Source: an uncultured bacterium (lineage in GTDB: Bacteria; Planctomycetota; UBA1135; GCA-002686595). Taken from it: a stretch of 64,000 nt of DNA. Within the stretch, counting starts at the first letter, position 1. Each line of letters begins with the position of its first letter. The DNA is taken from positions 448,001-512,000 of the forward strand of contig CALSNU010000002.1 in the NCBI GenBank assembly GCA_943787795.1, written 5' to 3'. Under the pieces are notes generated by a model. That model searched no databases. It was not told where the DNA came from and worked only from the letters and a program-made list of their open reading frames with translations. Of this stretch, positions 37,579 to 47,475 are shown piece after piece. Both the position numbers and the translations under genes were made by a program.

Positions 37579-39375
37579 CTACCCGCGCCCAGGCCGGAGT
37601 CGATCCAGCACCTTCTTGCTGATCGCTCGAACGTCCTCGATCCCCAGCACGAGGGCCGCTCCCAGGTAGGCCCCGCCGCCCGCGCCGATGGCCAGGAAGA
37701 GCGCCAGGGCGGGTCCGAGCACATCGTCGAGCGCCTGCTCGACGGCGCCTGCGGCGACGCCCGAGACGGCAGCGGCCGCGAGGATCCTGGGCAGCGCATG
37801 CCTGAAGGGCACATCGCTCTTGGGGAGCCCGAGGAGACGCGAGAGGCCAGGAAGTAGCATCGCGACGTTGAGGGCGCTCGTCACCGCCGTCGCCGCGGCC
37901 AGCCCCTCCACGTCCATGCCCAGCCCCACGAGGAAGAGCACGTTGAGCAGTCCGTTGAGCACGAGCATCGCGGCGGAGACCTTCACCGGTGTGGAAAAAT
38001 CCCCAACCGAGTAGTAGGTGCGCGCCACGAGGCCCGTGGCGCCGGCCGGGACGATGGCGAAGCAGAGCGCCTTCAGAGCACGGGTGGTCCGATCCACACC
38101 CTCCGGGCCGAAGGCCCCGTGCTCGAAGGAGACCTCCACCACCGGCCTCGCGAGGACGAACAGCCCCACAGCCGCCGGCAAGGCCACCGCGGCGATGGCG
38201 AGGTGCGTGCGGTCGTGCAGCCGGCGCAGGGCCGCCAGCTCCCGACGGTGCCCAAGCTGCTGGAGGGCCGGGAACACGGCGCTGGTGGCGGCGATCGCCA
38301 CCAGCGCGAGGGGGAACTGCTGGACGCGGTTGGCGTAGTAATGGGCCGTGGGGCCGCCGTTCGAGAGCAGGCTCTCGGCCATCAGCCCGTCCACCATCAC
38401 GTTGATCTGGTAGACCGCCGCTCCGAGGGCCAGGGGCGCCGAGCGACGCAGGACCTCTCCGGGGCCGGCAGCTCCCTCCGGGAGGGCACTCAAGCCTCCA
38501 GGGCGCCCCAGGAGCCCCGCTGCGCGCAGCGCCGGCCACTGGATCAAGAGCTGCACGACGCCAGCCATCAGCAGGCCCCAGGCGAGCCAGCGGGCCATGG
38601 CCATGTGCCGCTCCACGTCGGCCATGCTCTCAGCACCGTACTCCGACCTGTCCCCCCATCCGAAGTGCCACGCGATCACCAGCAGCGTGGCGATCCAGGC
38701 GAGATTCATGGCCGCCGGCGCGAACGCGGGCGCTCCGAACTTGCCCCGTACGTGAAGTGCTCCGGTCACCAGGGAGGAGAGGCAGACCAGCACAAGGAAG
38801 GGCATGACCCGGATCGTGAGGTCCCGCACCGCGTCAGGGTCCGCCCCCAGCCAGGACCACTCCGTCCCCGGCAGCTGATCGGGGGCCATCGAGACGGCGG
38901 CCATGACCAGGAGGCTCAGGATGAAGGACACCACCATCAGCAGCCCGAGCGTCTTGCGGAACAGGACCGCTCCCGCGGGCTCTCCGTGGCTCTCATCCAC
39001 CTCGGTCAGAGCCGTCTGAAAGCTCACGGCCAGGGCGCCCTCCCCGAGGAAGCGCCGGAAGAGGTTGGGCACGCGGAACGCGGTCAGGAACGCGTCGAAG
39101 ACGCCTGAGGTGTCCCCGAAGAGCGCCGCCGCCAGCATCTCGCGCGCGTATCCGAGCACGCGGCTCACCAGCGTCAGGCTCGACACCAGCGCCGCGCGGA
39201 GCCCCAGTCGACGGTGCCGATCAGGCGGCCTCGAGGGCTCGGGGTGGGGGTCGATCTCGGGGCGTTCCAAGGGCGCAGCGCTCGGTGGATCCCCGGTGTC
39301 CCCGCGCGCCCGATGGATCAGGAGCGCGGGGAGGTGCCGCCGAGGGAAGCGAGGCCGCTGAAGGTATCGCGTCAC
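37579..39375 (-). CDS. murJ: Lipid II flippase (start uncertain)
   Basis: SRVLGYARE, DAFLTAFRVPNLFRRFLGEGAL, YYANRVQQFP. Confidence 0.93.
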   Translation of the reverse strand: MTRYLQRPRFPRRHLPALLIHRARGDTGDPPSAAPLERPEIDPHPEPSRPPDRHRRLGLRAALVSSLTLVSRVLGYAREMLAAALFGDTSGVFDAFLTAFRVPNLFRRFLGEGALAVSFQTALTEVDESHGEPAGAVLFRKTLGLLMVVSFILSLLVMAAVSMAPDQLPGTEWSWLGADPDAVRDLTIRVMPFLVLVCLSSLVTGALHVRGKFGAPAFAPAAMNLAWIATLLVIAWHFGWGDRSEYGAESMADVERHMAMARWLAWGLLMAGVVQLLIQWPALRAAGLLGRPGGLSALPEGAAGPGEVLRRSAPLALGAAVYQINVMVDGLMAESLLSNGGPTAHYYANRVQQFPLALVAIAATSAVFPALQQLGHRRELAALRRLHDRTHLAIAAVALPAAVGLFVLARPVVEVSFEHGAFGPEGVDRTTRALKALCFAIVPAGATGLVARTYYSVGDFSTPVKVSAAMLVLNGLLNVLFLVGLGMDVEGLAAATAVTSALNVAMLLPGLSRLLGLPKSDVPFRHALPRILAAAAVSGVAAGAVEQALDDVLGPALALFLAIGAGGGAYLGAALVLGIEDVRAISKKVLDRLRPGRG

Positions 39376-39439
39376 TCAGCGGGTACGCGACCGCCCGGAC
39401 CATTTCCTGGTCACGGGGTCCGCCGGCGACCGGGTGGCC

Positions 39440-42031
39440 TCACGGACAGAAAGTGATCTCGAGGCCGTCCGAGAAGTTGAAGCCCGAGCCGCCCACGTCC
39501 CTGAGCCAGAACTGGAAGTTCCAGGTCTCGCCGTTCGCGATCGCGACGGGCAGCGTGGGGAAGTCCAGGGCGTACGACGCCGCGCCTGCCGGGTCGGTCT
39601 GGACCACGGGGAGGCGCTGGAACGCGCCCCCGATGCAGATCGAGCCGTTGCCCACCTGGACCTGGTCCCGGCCCTGGCCGTAGAAGAACAGCCCGAAGCC
39701 CGACGGGTTCGCGTCGGCGACCGTCAGGGACAGCTGGTTCAAGGTGACGTCGGTGGACCCCGTGGCCCCCATGAATGCGCCAGCGGTCCACTGGTTGGGG
39801 GACAGCACGCAGTAGTTCTCAGGCTGAGGGCAGCCCGGATCCGTGGCCTCCACGCGCACGTCGTCCACCGCCGCCTCGACGATGGAGCCGCTGCCGAGAT
39901 CCGACGCGACGAAGCGCACCCTCACCTGGTCGGTCAGCGCCACGTACGCGCCGATGTCCACCGAGGCCTCGATCCACCCCCCGGACGTTCCGGCCCCCGT
40001 GGGCCCCACGACCTCGGCGCTGGTCCAGCTCACGCCACCATCGTCGGAGAGGTCCACGTTGAACACGTCGGCGCCCGGCGATGCGCCCTCGTCGTTCGAG
40101 TACCAACGCACGTACCGCAGGGTGGCTGTCGCCGAGCCGTCGAGGTCGAAGAGGGGAGAGAACAGCGCCGTGCTGCCGCCGTCCACGTCGTTCTCACCAA
40201 GGCCTCCGCCCACGCTCCCCTGGCCCGTGAACCAGCAGCGAGTGCCAGGACTCGGCGAGTTGTCGTTCTCCGGCTGCGCGGCGGTCCCGATCGGGTCCGC
40301 CCGGGTCCACTCCCCCGTGGTCGCGTTGTTCGGCGACCCGACGGTCCAGCCCTGGTCGCCCGCTGCCTCGAAGTCGTAGGCCGCGACCACGCGCACGCCC
40401 ACCGTCAGCTGACCGTCGAGGACCTCGGCTCGGCCCCCCTCGGTGATGGTGACCGTGAAGTTCACGACCTCGCCCACGGGCGTCGAGGGGTCGAGGAGCA
40501 GCTGGAGCGGAGCCGCGCCCGTCCCAGTGGTGAAGGACGGCACCAAGAGGGAAGACTGGGCCGTGGTCACCGTCGCAAACGGGCTCGAGGTGGCGAGGTC
40601 GATGGTCGCCGCTGCCGAGTCCCCGCGTCCGGAGTTGCGCACGAAGGCCGAGACGTCCACGGGCTCGCCCGGCTCGAAGGACCCATCCCCGTCGCCGGCA
40701 TCCGTCACCGTGACCGCCTCGGGCCGGAGCCAGGCGCCCGCCGCGAGCACGGTGCGGGCGAAGCTGGTGAGGTTCTCCTCCGCCAGGGGCACGATCCTGT
40801 TCTGCAGCGGCCAGAAGCCGTCGTTGCCGTTCCCGATCTCGGGGGTCCAGCCGTAGGTGCCCTTGACCCCGTACTCGTAGTCGAACGTGACGCCGTCCGC
40901 CTGGTAGAGGACGATCGAGGCTGGACCGTGGACGTAGCCGTTGTCCGCCACCGCGAGGTCGCCGATCTCACCGATCTCGTCCCAGTCGGGCGGGTACTGG
41001 GTCACGTAGCCCCACGGCGCGAGCCACAGGTCGGAGAAGGTGTGCACCGACAGGGAGGTCTCGAACTCCCGACTGTTGATGAATTGGACCATGGCCTGGA
41101 CCTCCGGCTCGGACGCCGGCGCAGTCCCCCGATACGTCTCCGAAGAGCCGGATCCGCTGGAGCCCGATCCACCCCACTGGAAGGGGTAGTTCCGGTTGAG
41201 GTCCACCCCGGTGCTGCCGCCGTTGCTGCGGCGGTTCTTGCGCCACAGGCCGCCGCCGACGGGGTCGGTCAGGCGATTGAACTCGTAGCCGTCCGGGTTC
41301 ACGCAGGGCACCACGTAGATCTCGCGCTCGTCGAGGAGATAGGTGGCCACGGGGTCGCTGCCGTACTCCTCGAGCAGGTAGCAGAGGAAGTAGAGGGTCG
41401 TCTGCATGCCCATGGGCTCGCGCGCATGGTGCAGCGCGTCGATGCGCATCTCCGGCTCGGGCTCATCCACGCCGGGGTTGTCGGACACCTTCACCATCCA
41501 GAGGTCTCGGCCCTGGAGTGACTGCCCGATGGAGGACTTGGCGGAGACGAACTGGGGGTACGCCGCCGTGAGCTGATCGAGGACCGAGACGACCTCGGCA
41601 AAGGTGTAGTACCCCGACATCGAGCCCTGCCCGTAGGGCGGGTTGAGCCACTGGCCGTACCCCACCCCGGCGTTGTCCTCGGAAGCGCCAGCGGTGAGCC
41701 GCCGCGCGTAGTACCCCGCGAGGTCCTCGATGAGCACCTCCGGCGTGAGCCGAACCCCGCGGATCTGTTCCATCTGCTCGTCGGTGACCAGCAGGGTCGC
41801 CTCGCCGCCCGCGAGGTCCACCGACACCAGATCGAGGTCCAATCGCTGCAGCCGCAGGAGTCCCATGGGGTCCGAGCTCACCTTGACCAGGTGCTGGACC
41901 GTGCCCAAGCTCACCGGGACGGGAACCGCGGGGGCTGCGTCGAGGGGCGCGAGCTCAGGGCCGACGCCTCCCTGGGGCGTGACGGCAGGGGAGAGGGCGA
42001 GCAGGGAGGCGGTCAGGATGGCGATCGTCAT
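39440..42031 (-). CDS. Secreted M14 zinc carboxypeptidase (carboxypeptidase T-like) with C-terminal accessory domains
   Basis: Signal peptide; HHARE, NPDG, WRKNR, DLNRN, SVHT, TPE. Confidence 0.88.
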   Translation of the reverse strand: MTIAILTASLLALSPAVTPQGGVGPELAPLDAAPAVPVPVSLGTVQHLVKVSSDPMGLLRLQRLDLDLVSVDLAGGEATLLVTDEQMEQIRGVRLTPEVLIEDLAGYYARRLTAGASEDNAGVGYGQWLNPPYGQGSMSGYYTFAEVVSVLDQLTAAYPQFVSAKSSIGQSLQGRDLWMVKVSDNPGVDEPEPEMRIDALHHAREPMGMQTTLYFLCYLLEEYGSDPVATYLLDEREIYVVPCVNPDGYEFNRLTDPVGGGLWRKNRRSNGGSTGVDLNRNYPFQWGGSGSSGSGSSETYRGTAPASEPEVQAMVQFINSREFETSLSVHTFSDLWLAPWGYVTQYPPDWDEIGEIGDLAVADNGYVHGPASIVLYQADGVTFDYEYGVKGTYGWTPEIGNGNDGFWPLQNRIVPLAEENLTSFARTVLAAGAWLRPEAVTVTDAGDGDGSFEPGEPVDVSAFVRNSGRGDSAAATIDLATSSPFATVTTAQSSLLVPSFTTGTGAAPLQLLLDPSTPVGEVVNFTVTITEGGRAEVLDGQLTVGVRVVAAYDFEAAGDQGWTVGSPNNATTGEWTRADPIGTAAQPENDNSPSPGTRCWFTGQGSVGGGLGENDVDGGSTALFSPLFDLDGSATATLRYVRWYSNDEGASPGADVFNVDLSDDGGVSWTSAEVVGPTGAGTSGGWIEASVDIGAYVALTDQVRVRFVASDLGSGSIVEAAVDDVRVEATDPGCPQPENYCVLSPNQWTAGAFMGATGSTDVTLNQLSLTVADANPSGFGLFFYGQGRDQVQVGNGSICIGGAFQRLPVVQTDPAGAASYALDFPTLPVAIANGETWNFQFWLRDVGGSGFNFSDGLEITFCP

Positions 42032-42200
42032 AGGTGCTGGACGGCACGTCCAAGGGTTGGGTTCCTGCACAAGCATGGGAACGCGGAACCAATGGCGCAG
42101 CCGAGGACGCCTGCACCGACAGCGACGTCTCGAAACAGCGCCTCTCCCCGCTCCCCCTCACGCGGTCCCGGGCCATCACCCGCTAGCCCCCCCCTGGGGA

Positions 42201-43493
42201 TCAGCTGCCGCCGCGCGCCAGGGCTCTCGGGCTCGCCATCGCCCGGATCTCGTCCACCTCGAGGCGGAACGGACCGGCCTTCTTGTCGTAGACGTAGAAC
42301 TCGAGCCCGCGGATCTGCTCGGCCGTGATCGTGCCGCGCATCCGGCGGCCGAAGAAGTGCCGCTCCATGTCCTCGATCCGGACGTCCACGGTCTGCCACT
42401 CGCCGTCCACCGTGGCGAAGCGGGTCCAGAAGGAGTCCCCCCCCATGCCGCTCGAGGTCCGCGCCCCGAAGATGTACGTCCGGCCGTCCCCCTTGACGCG
42501 CAGCTGGATCGTGTCTGCGCCGGCGAACGCGCCGTCCGCGACGCCGCAGCGAATCGAGGAGAAGCCCCCGTTGTTCTCGAGCGAGGTCACCCCCTCGAAG
42601 ATCATCGCGCCCTCGGCCTGACCGATCCGGCCCGTGGACCGGCCGCCCATGACGCCGTCGAGGACGGTGTCCCATCGGCGAGTCTCGGCCACGCCACCGA
42701 AGCTGAAGACCACGCGGCCTGCTTCCTCCACCTCAGGCGCGGGGCGCGGCAGCTCCCCGGCGAGCACCGCGTCGATGATGCCCCGGTAGGCCCAGGCCAA
42801 CTCCCGTGCCCCGGCCGACCGGTTGGCCTCGCTCACCATTCCCAGGAGGACCTCACGCTCCCAGTCCAACAGGCCGAAGCCGCCCCCAAGCCGAAGGGCG
42901 TCGAGGGCCGTGGCGTAGACGGCGCAGCAGCCCGCCTCGTCGCCGTTGTTGAACAGCGCCACGCCACGCTCCACCGCGCCCACGAGCAGCGCCTCGAGCG
43001 CCGCCGAACGCGCCGGCGGGAGCAGGACCCGGTCGATCACGTGGATCACTCCGTTGCTGGCTCGCAGGTCCGCGGCCTCCACCGCTGCCCCATCGACGAT
43101 CACCCGCCCGAGCGCCGCCTGCGCGGCGAGGCGAGTCCCGGCGAGAGTCTCCAGCCCACCTGCCTGGACCACGTCCTCCGCCAGCACCTCTCCAGCCACC
43201 ACGTGGTGCAGGAGGATGCGCGTCAGCTGCGGCCGGCCGCGCTCCGTGAGGAGCTCCTTCAGGGTGTCCTCACCCAAGGCCGAGAAGGCCTCATCCGTGG
43301 GCGCGAACACCGTCAGCGGGCCGTCGCCCGAGAGCGCGTCCACGAGCCCTGCGGCCTCGACCGCGGCCACGAGCGTGGTGAAGTTCCCGGCGCCTACCGC
43401 CAGGTCCACCAGGGTCCCCTCGTCCTGCGGGCGGGCCTGAGTCGTGAGCATGAGGAGGCCTGAGAGGCCGAGGGTGGCGAGGGTCTGATTCAT
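42201..43493 (-). CDS. Fasciclin (FAS1) and CIA30-like domain fusion protein
   Basis: FTTLVAAV, TVFAPTDEAF, NGVIHVIDRVL; DGVMGGRS, NNGGFSS, VKGDGRTY. Confidence 0.87.
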   Translation of the reverse strand: MNQTLATLGLSGLLMLTTQARPQDEGTLVDLAVGAGNFTTLVAAVEAAGLVDALSGDGPLTVFAPTDEAFSALGEDTLKELLTERGRPQLTRILLHHVVAGEVLAEDVVQAGGLETLAGTRLAAQAALGRVIVDGAAVEAADLRASNGVIHVIDRVLLPPARSAALEALLVGAVERGVALFNNGDEAGCCAVYATALDALRLGGGFGLLDWEREVLLGMVSEANRSAGARELAWAYRGIIDAVLAGELPRPAPEVEEAGRVVFSFGGVAETRRWDTVLDGVMGGRSTGRIGQAEGAMIFEGVTSLENNGGFSSIRCGVADGAFAGADTIQLRVKGDGRTYIFGARTSSGMGGDSFWTRFATVDGEWQTVDVRIEDMERHFFGRRMRGTITAEQIRGLEFYVYDKKAGPFRLEVDEIRAMASPRALARGGS

Positions 43494-43574
43494 GGCGGCC
43501 GTCCGGATGTGGATGTGGGAGGTGGAACCGGCAGCCTGGGTCAGCCCAGATGCCATCGGGTCCACACCCGCGCC

Positions 43575-43600
43575 TTCGGCCCCAAGCAGAGCCTGGATTC
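43575..43600 (-). promoter_or_regulatory. Candidate ECF sigma promoter (GAATCC-N15-CCGAA)
   Basis: Minus strand motif about 80 bp upstream of the fasciclin gene. Confidence 0.35.
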
Positions 43601-43668
43601 ACCGTACACAGGGATCGAACGGCACTCCGCTCTCCGAGTCCCTGAAGCGGGACTGGCGCCGAGCCACC

Positions 43669-46600
43669 TCAGTCGAAGGACTGGGACCAGGTCGCGTCCC
43701 CGCCGCGCACGCGGAAGTCCCAGCTGAACCGGTCCCCCACGCTCGTCTGCCCCGGGGCCATCACGACCCAGAGCACGTCCCCCGGCTCCATCCAGACGGG
43801 GCCCGAGGTGACGGCGGGCGGCCCGGCAGCGGGGAGGGACTGCTCGAAGAGGGTGGTCGGCGCGCCGCCTGCGACCCGACCGTGGAGCACGCGGGCGATC
43901 AGCTCAGCGCCCGCCACCTGGGTCGAGGCGAGCCCCTCCACCAGATAGAACCCCGCCCGCTGGACCGAGTACCCCGCGGCGACCACGCCCTGGTGCGCCC
44001 CGGGCGCCGCCTCGAGCGCGCCGGGCCCAGGACTGCCGACGCCGCTGGCGATCCACCCATCCGCCGGGGTGGGCCCCGTGTACCTGCGACCCGCGGCGTC
44101 CCAGGTCAGGGCCACGTACTCGTCCGGGTCAAGGGAGTCGCCGAGGTCGTTCCGGCGAAGGAACCAGCCGTCGGAAGGCGAGCCCTGGCGGAAGAGGTCC
44201 GCCGACGTGGCGACCGTGCGCGGGGCGCCGCCCGCCACCGTGAACGGGACCGACGAGGTGACCCCGCCCGCCGGCGTGGCGTCGAGCTGGTACTCGCCAG
44301 GCTGAAGGTCGAAGGCTGGAACGCCCGGTCCGAAGAGCCGGTAGGGGCCGTGGGCCGCCGTCCTGCGATGAAGCTCGACCGGGGCGGACCCGCCAGTGTC
44401 CAGCAGCACAAGCTCAACGTCCCCCTGGGCCACGTCGAGGTTCACCCGGAGGTCCACCTCCCCCGTCCCGAGCCGCAGTGGGTCGAGCTGCTGGCCGGCC
44501 GCCAACGCGCCGATGACCCCGTCGCCGGACATCAACGAGACCGCGCGAACCTCGGCGGTACGCCCGTCCCATCGGTCGAGGAGCCAGCGGTCCACCAGCA
44601 CCGGCGAGCCGTCCACGGGGCGCGGCTCATCGGGCCGCGGCCGCGGGGAGCCGCCGGCGTCGACGATCCCGTTGGGGATCGCCCCGCCGATCCGAGCGGG
44701 GGGCTGGGAGGGCTGACGCCGCGGGTCGCGGAGCGCCGCGAGTCCGGGCCGGTAGGTGAGCGCGTCGAGCCCGAGCCCGCCCGGAGCCCCCGCGGTGTGA
44801 CAGCTCAGGCAGAAGCGGTTCGCGCTCGAGTCCGGCCGCGGCCGGTCCTGGAAGACGGGGCCCTCGGGGAAGTGCACGGCCGACCGCAGGTGGCGCGCGC
44901 CCGAGGGGATCGAGACCCGGTGGACCCCGAGGTCCCTGGTGGCGTCCACGAAGGACGCGTAGCGCTCCTCCGCCGGCTCACCGCGGCGCCGCAGGGCCTC
45001 GCTCAGCTCCCCGTGGGCCCAGTCGGGGAAGCTCGCTGCCACCTGGTCCATCCAGCGCGTGGACTGAGCCGACTCGTCGAACCCGATCAGAGTGCCCCGG
45101 GCGTGGTTGGCCGCGGTCTCAGGGTCCACGTCGTGGGCCAGGACCTTGAACTCGTCCACCCAGCCCCGCAGCGAGGTGGCGCCGGCGGCCGCCGCCCCAC
45201 CCACGGTGATGGCTCCCGCGGAGGCGAGCGGCTGGAAGATGGACCGGGAGGGGTCCTGCCAGCGGTCCATGGGGAATCCGTCCAGGAGCAGCGTGACCCG
45301 CCGCCCCGCGCGCTCGATGCGCAGGCCCAGGTGGGTCCAGGCGCCCTCGCGGAAGAAGCCGTGCACCTCGGGCGCCTGGCCCCCGTCCGGGACGTAGCTG
45401 AAGTCGTCGGGGAGCAGGACACGGTGGAGCACGCGGTCGCCCTTCATGTACCGGAGCGAGGACCGCCCCAGCAGCTCGACGGACGTGCCGTCAGGGAAGG
45501 TGACCAGGGGCCGCCGCTCCCCATCGTCGGCGAAGCGGCAGTCCACGAAGAGGCCGACATAGAACGCCTCAGGGTCAGGGACCCCGGGCCCGGCCCTGTC
45601 GGGGGCGTCGAAGCGCAGGCTCAGCCCGTCCTCGAGCCAAAGGCCCCGACCGTACACGCCGCCGAGGGCCGCCGGCTCGAGGCGACCCGTGGAGCCGCCG
45701 GTGGCAACGAGTTCGCCGAAGGCCGGCAGGCGCCAGCGGTCCGCGTCGGTCGCGGCGTTCTGCAGGTGCACCGGGAGGTCGAAGGCGCGGGTCACCGGGT
45801 TCCAGCCGGAGCGGTGCTCGAGGTCGTTGAACCCGGGCCCCGCGAGATCGGGGAGCGTGAGCCGGCCGTTCATCTCGGCCACGATGAGCGCGCCGGGGTC
45901 GAGCAGGTCGTCGAAGGCCACCTCGTCGGTGTGCTTGCCGTTCTGGACGTGCCACACGACATCCCGGAGGCGCAGCGGCCGGAGGCGGTCCGCGATGTGC
46001 AGCTTGCTCTCGGTCGACTCGATCACCGAGCTGTTCCCGTTGACACCCGAGGGCAGGCCCGGGGTCTCTGACGCCCTGCCGTAGCCGAGCCGAACCCAGC
46101 CGCTGGTCGGGTCCAGGGAGGGCACCCCTGACCCTTCGAACAGGCGCACCAGCCGCTGCTGCGGCCCGACGTTGTAGGGCGCCCCGCCGTACGAGCTCGC
46201 CTCGGAGTGGCCGATGGCGAAGTCCATGTCGTTCAGGAGGCCATCGAGCAGCACCGTCTTGCCTCGGGTCCAGAGGCCCGCCACCGCCACCCCCTGAAAC
46301 GTCCGGCTCGACTCGGCCCCCCAGCGCTCCCTCGGGTCGCCAGGGACGCCCACGGCCTCGTAGCGAGTCTCGGTCCACTCCGCGGCGCTCTGCGGGTCGC
46401 GGTTGGGGAACTGCGGGTTGGGGTCCTGCAGGTGCAGGGTGTCGCCAATCGTGGTGTAGAAGAGATTGCGCGCACCACGGTCGATCCAGGGGTAGGCACC
46501 ACCGAGATCCTCCCAGTCCGGCACGACCTGCCCATCCGGCGCGCGGAAGGGGAACTGCGCGAAGCCGAAGCCCCCCAGCTCCATGGGTCCGTTCAGCCGC

Positions 46601-47457
46601 GGGTCATGGGGCGCATGACTGATCGGGAACACCTCGGTCCAGTGGGCCGGATTGGCGCTTCCTCGGGTCCCTGCGGGGTCCTCGTAGTAGGAGTAGACGA
46701 TGTCCGCCGCCCCCGGCCCCGACGGCGTCGGGAGGTCTGCGGAACGAATTCGCATGACGAGCAGCCGACCGTCCCCCGCGACCATGGGCTCGAAGCCGCC
46801 GCCCGAGTGGAAGGCGCCCGTGGCGAGCTCGGAGAAGTTCGGGCCCGCGATCGTGGGTCCCTCCACCTCGATGCTCGCGATACGCGCCCCGGCCGTCTTC
46901 GGGGCGGCGACCTCGATGGCGAGCGGCGTCATGAACAGCTGCAGGCTACCGCCGGGCCCCCGCGTGGTCACCACGGCCTTGACCTGGTAGCGGTCCCGTC
47001 CGGCGGGCGTGCGGATCGGGAGCTCGTCGTCCCAGAAGCAGCTCTGAATGATCTCTCGCCCTGTGCCCGCCGCGAGGATCTGGGCCTGCGTGACCGGGTC
47101 ACCGCCCACGTAGGCCCAGCCGGTCCAGCGAAGGTTGGCCTCGCCGGGAGGCTGCAGCATGAGCGGGGCGCCGCCGCCCCGGCGACGGAGCTTCTCCGGA
47201 GTGAAGAGGGTGAAGCGCGGCGCGCGCGCCACCGTCATGGCCAGACGGCCATCCTGCGACGTCCGGAATGCAGGCAGGTGAGGGCGCTGGAAGCGGGGGT
47301 CGTGATCCTGCTCGAGCGGCCCCCCCTCATCGAGGACCCCGGTCACCTCTCTCCAGATCGAGGGGGACTCGGGAAGCGATTGCCCCGCTCCCAGGGGTGC
47401 GAGGAGGCCCGAGATGAGCGCCAGCACTCCAGCCCTTCCCTTGCTCGTCATTCGCAT
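43669..47457 (-). CDS. Large secreted hypothetical protein with a LamG-like segment and one CxxCH heme c motif
   Basis: Signal peptide; WTHLGL..LLDG..LRGWVDEFKV; FCLSCH. Confidence 0.75.
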   Translation of the reverse strand: MRMTSKGRAGVLALISGLLAPLGAGQSLPESPSIWREVTGVLDEGGPLEQDHDPRFQRPHLPAFRTSQDGRLAMTVARAPRFTLFTPEKLRRRGGGAPLMLQPPGEANLRWTGWAYVGGDPVTQAQILAAGTGREIIQSCFWDDELPIRTPAGRDRYQVKAVVTTRGPGGSLQLFMTPLAIEVAAPKTAGARIASIEVEGPTIAGPNFSELATGAFHSGGGFEPMVAGDGRLLVMRIRSADLPTPSGPGAADIVYSYYEDPAGTRGSANPAHWTEVFPISHAPHDPRLNGPMELGGFGFAQFPFRAPDGQVVPDWEDLGGAYPWIDRGARNLFYTTIGDTLHLQDPNPQFPNRDPQSAAEWTETRYEAVGVPGDPRERWGAESSRTFQGVAVAGLWTRGKTVLLDGLLNDMDFAIGHSEASSYGGAPYNVGPQQRLVRLFEGSGVPSLDPTSGWVRLGYGRASETPGLPSGVNGNSSVIESTESKLHIADRLRPLRLRDVVWHVQNGKHTDEVAFDDLLDPGALIVAEMNGRLTLPDLAGPGFNDLEHRSGWNPVTRAFDLPVHLQNAATDADRWRLPAFGELVATGGSTGRLEPAALGGVYGRGLWLEDGLSLRFDAPDRAGPGVPDPEAFYVGLFVDCRFADDGERRPLVTFPDGTSVELLGRSSLRYMKGDRVLHRVLLPDDFSYVPDGGQAPEVHGFFREGAWTHLGLRIERAGRRVTLLLDGFPMDRWQDPSRSIFQPLASAGAITVGGAAAAGATSLRGWVDEFKVLAHDVDPETAANHARGTLIGFDESAQSTRWMDQVAASFPDWAHGELSEALRRRGEPAEERYASFVDATRDLGVHRVSIPSGARHLRSAVHFPEGPVFQDRPRPDSSANRFCLSCHTAGAPGGLGLDALTYRPGLAALRDPRRQPSQPPARIGGAIPNGIVDAGGSPRPRPDEPRPVDGSPVLVDRWLLDRWDGRTAEVRAVSLMSGDGVIGALAAGQQLDPLRLGTGEVDLRVNLDVAQGDVELVLLDTGGSAPVELHRRTAAHGPYRLFGPGVPAFDLQPGEYQLDATPAGGVTSSVPFTVAGGAPRTVATSADLFRQGSPSDGWFLRRNDLGDSLDPDEYVALTWDAAGRRYTGPTPADGWIASGVGSPGPGALEAAPGAHQGVVAAGYSVQRAGFYLVEGLASTQVAGAELIARVLHGRVAGGAPTTLFEQSLPAAGPPAVTSGPVWMEPGDVLWVVMAPGQTSVGDRFSWDFRVRGGDATWSQSFD

Positions 47458-47475
47458 GTCCTCGGGCTCCGGCGA

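Noticed and set aside
37436..38539. Apparent 1226-aa NrdJ with a long N-terminal extension
   Set aside because: The extension is an alternative frame overlapping murJ and is Arg/Gly/Pro-rich noise; no intein or extra domain was seen.
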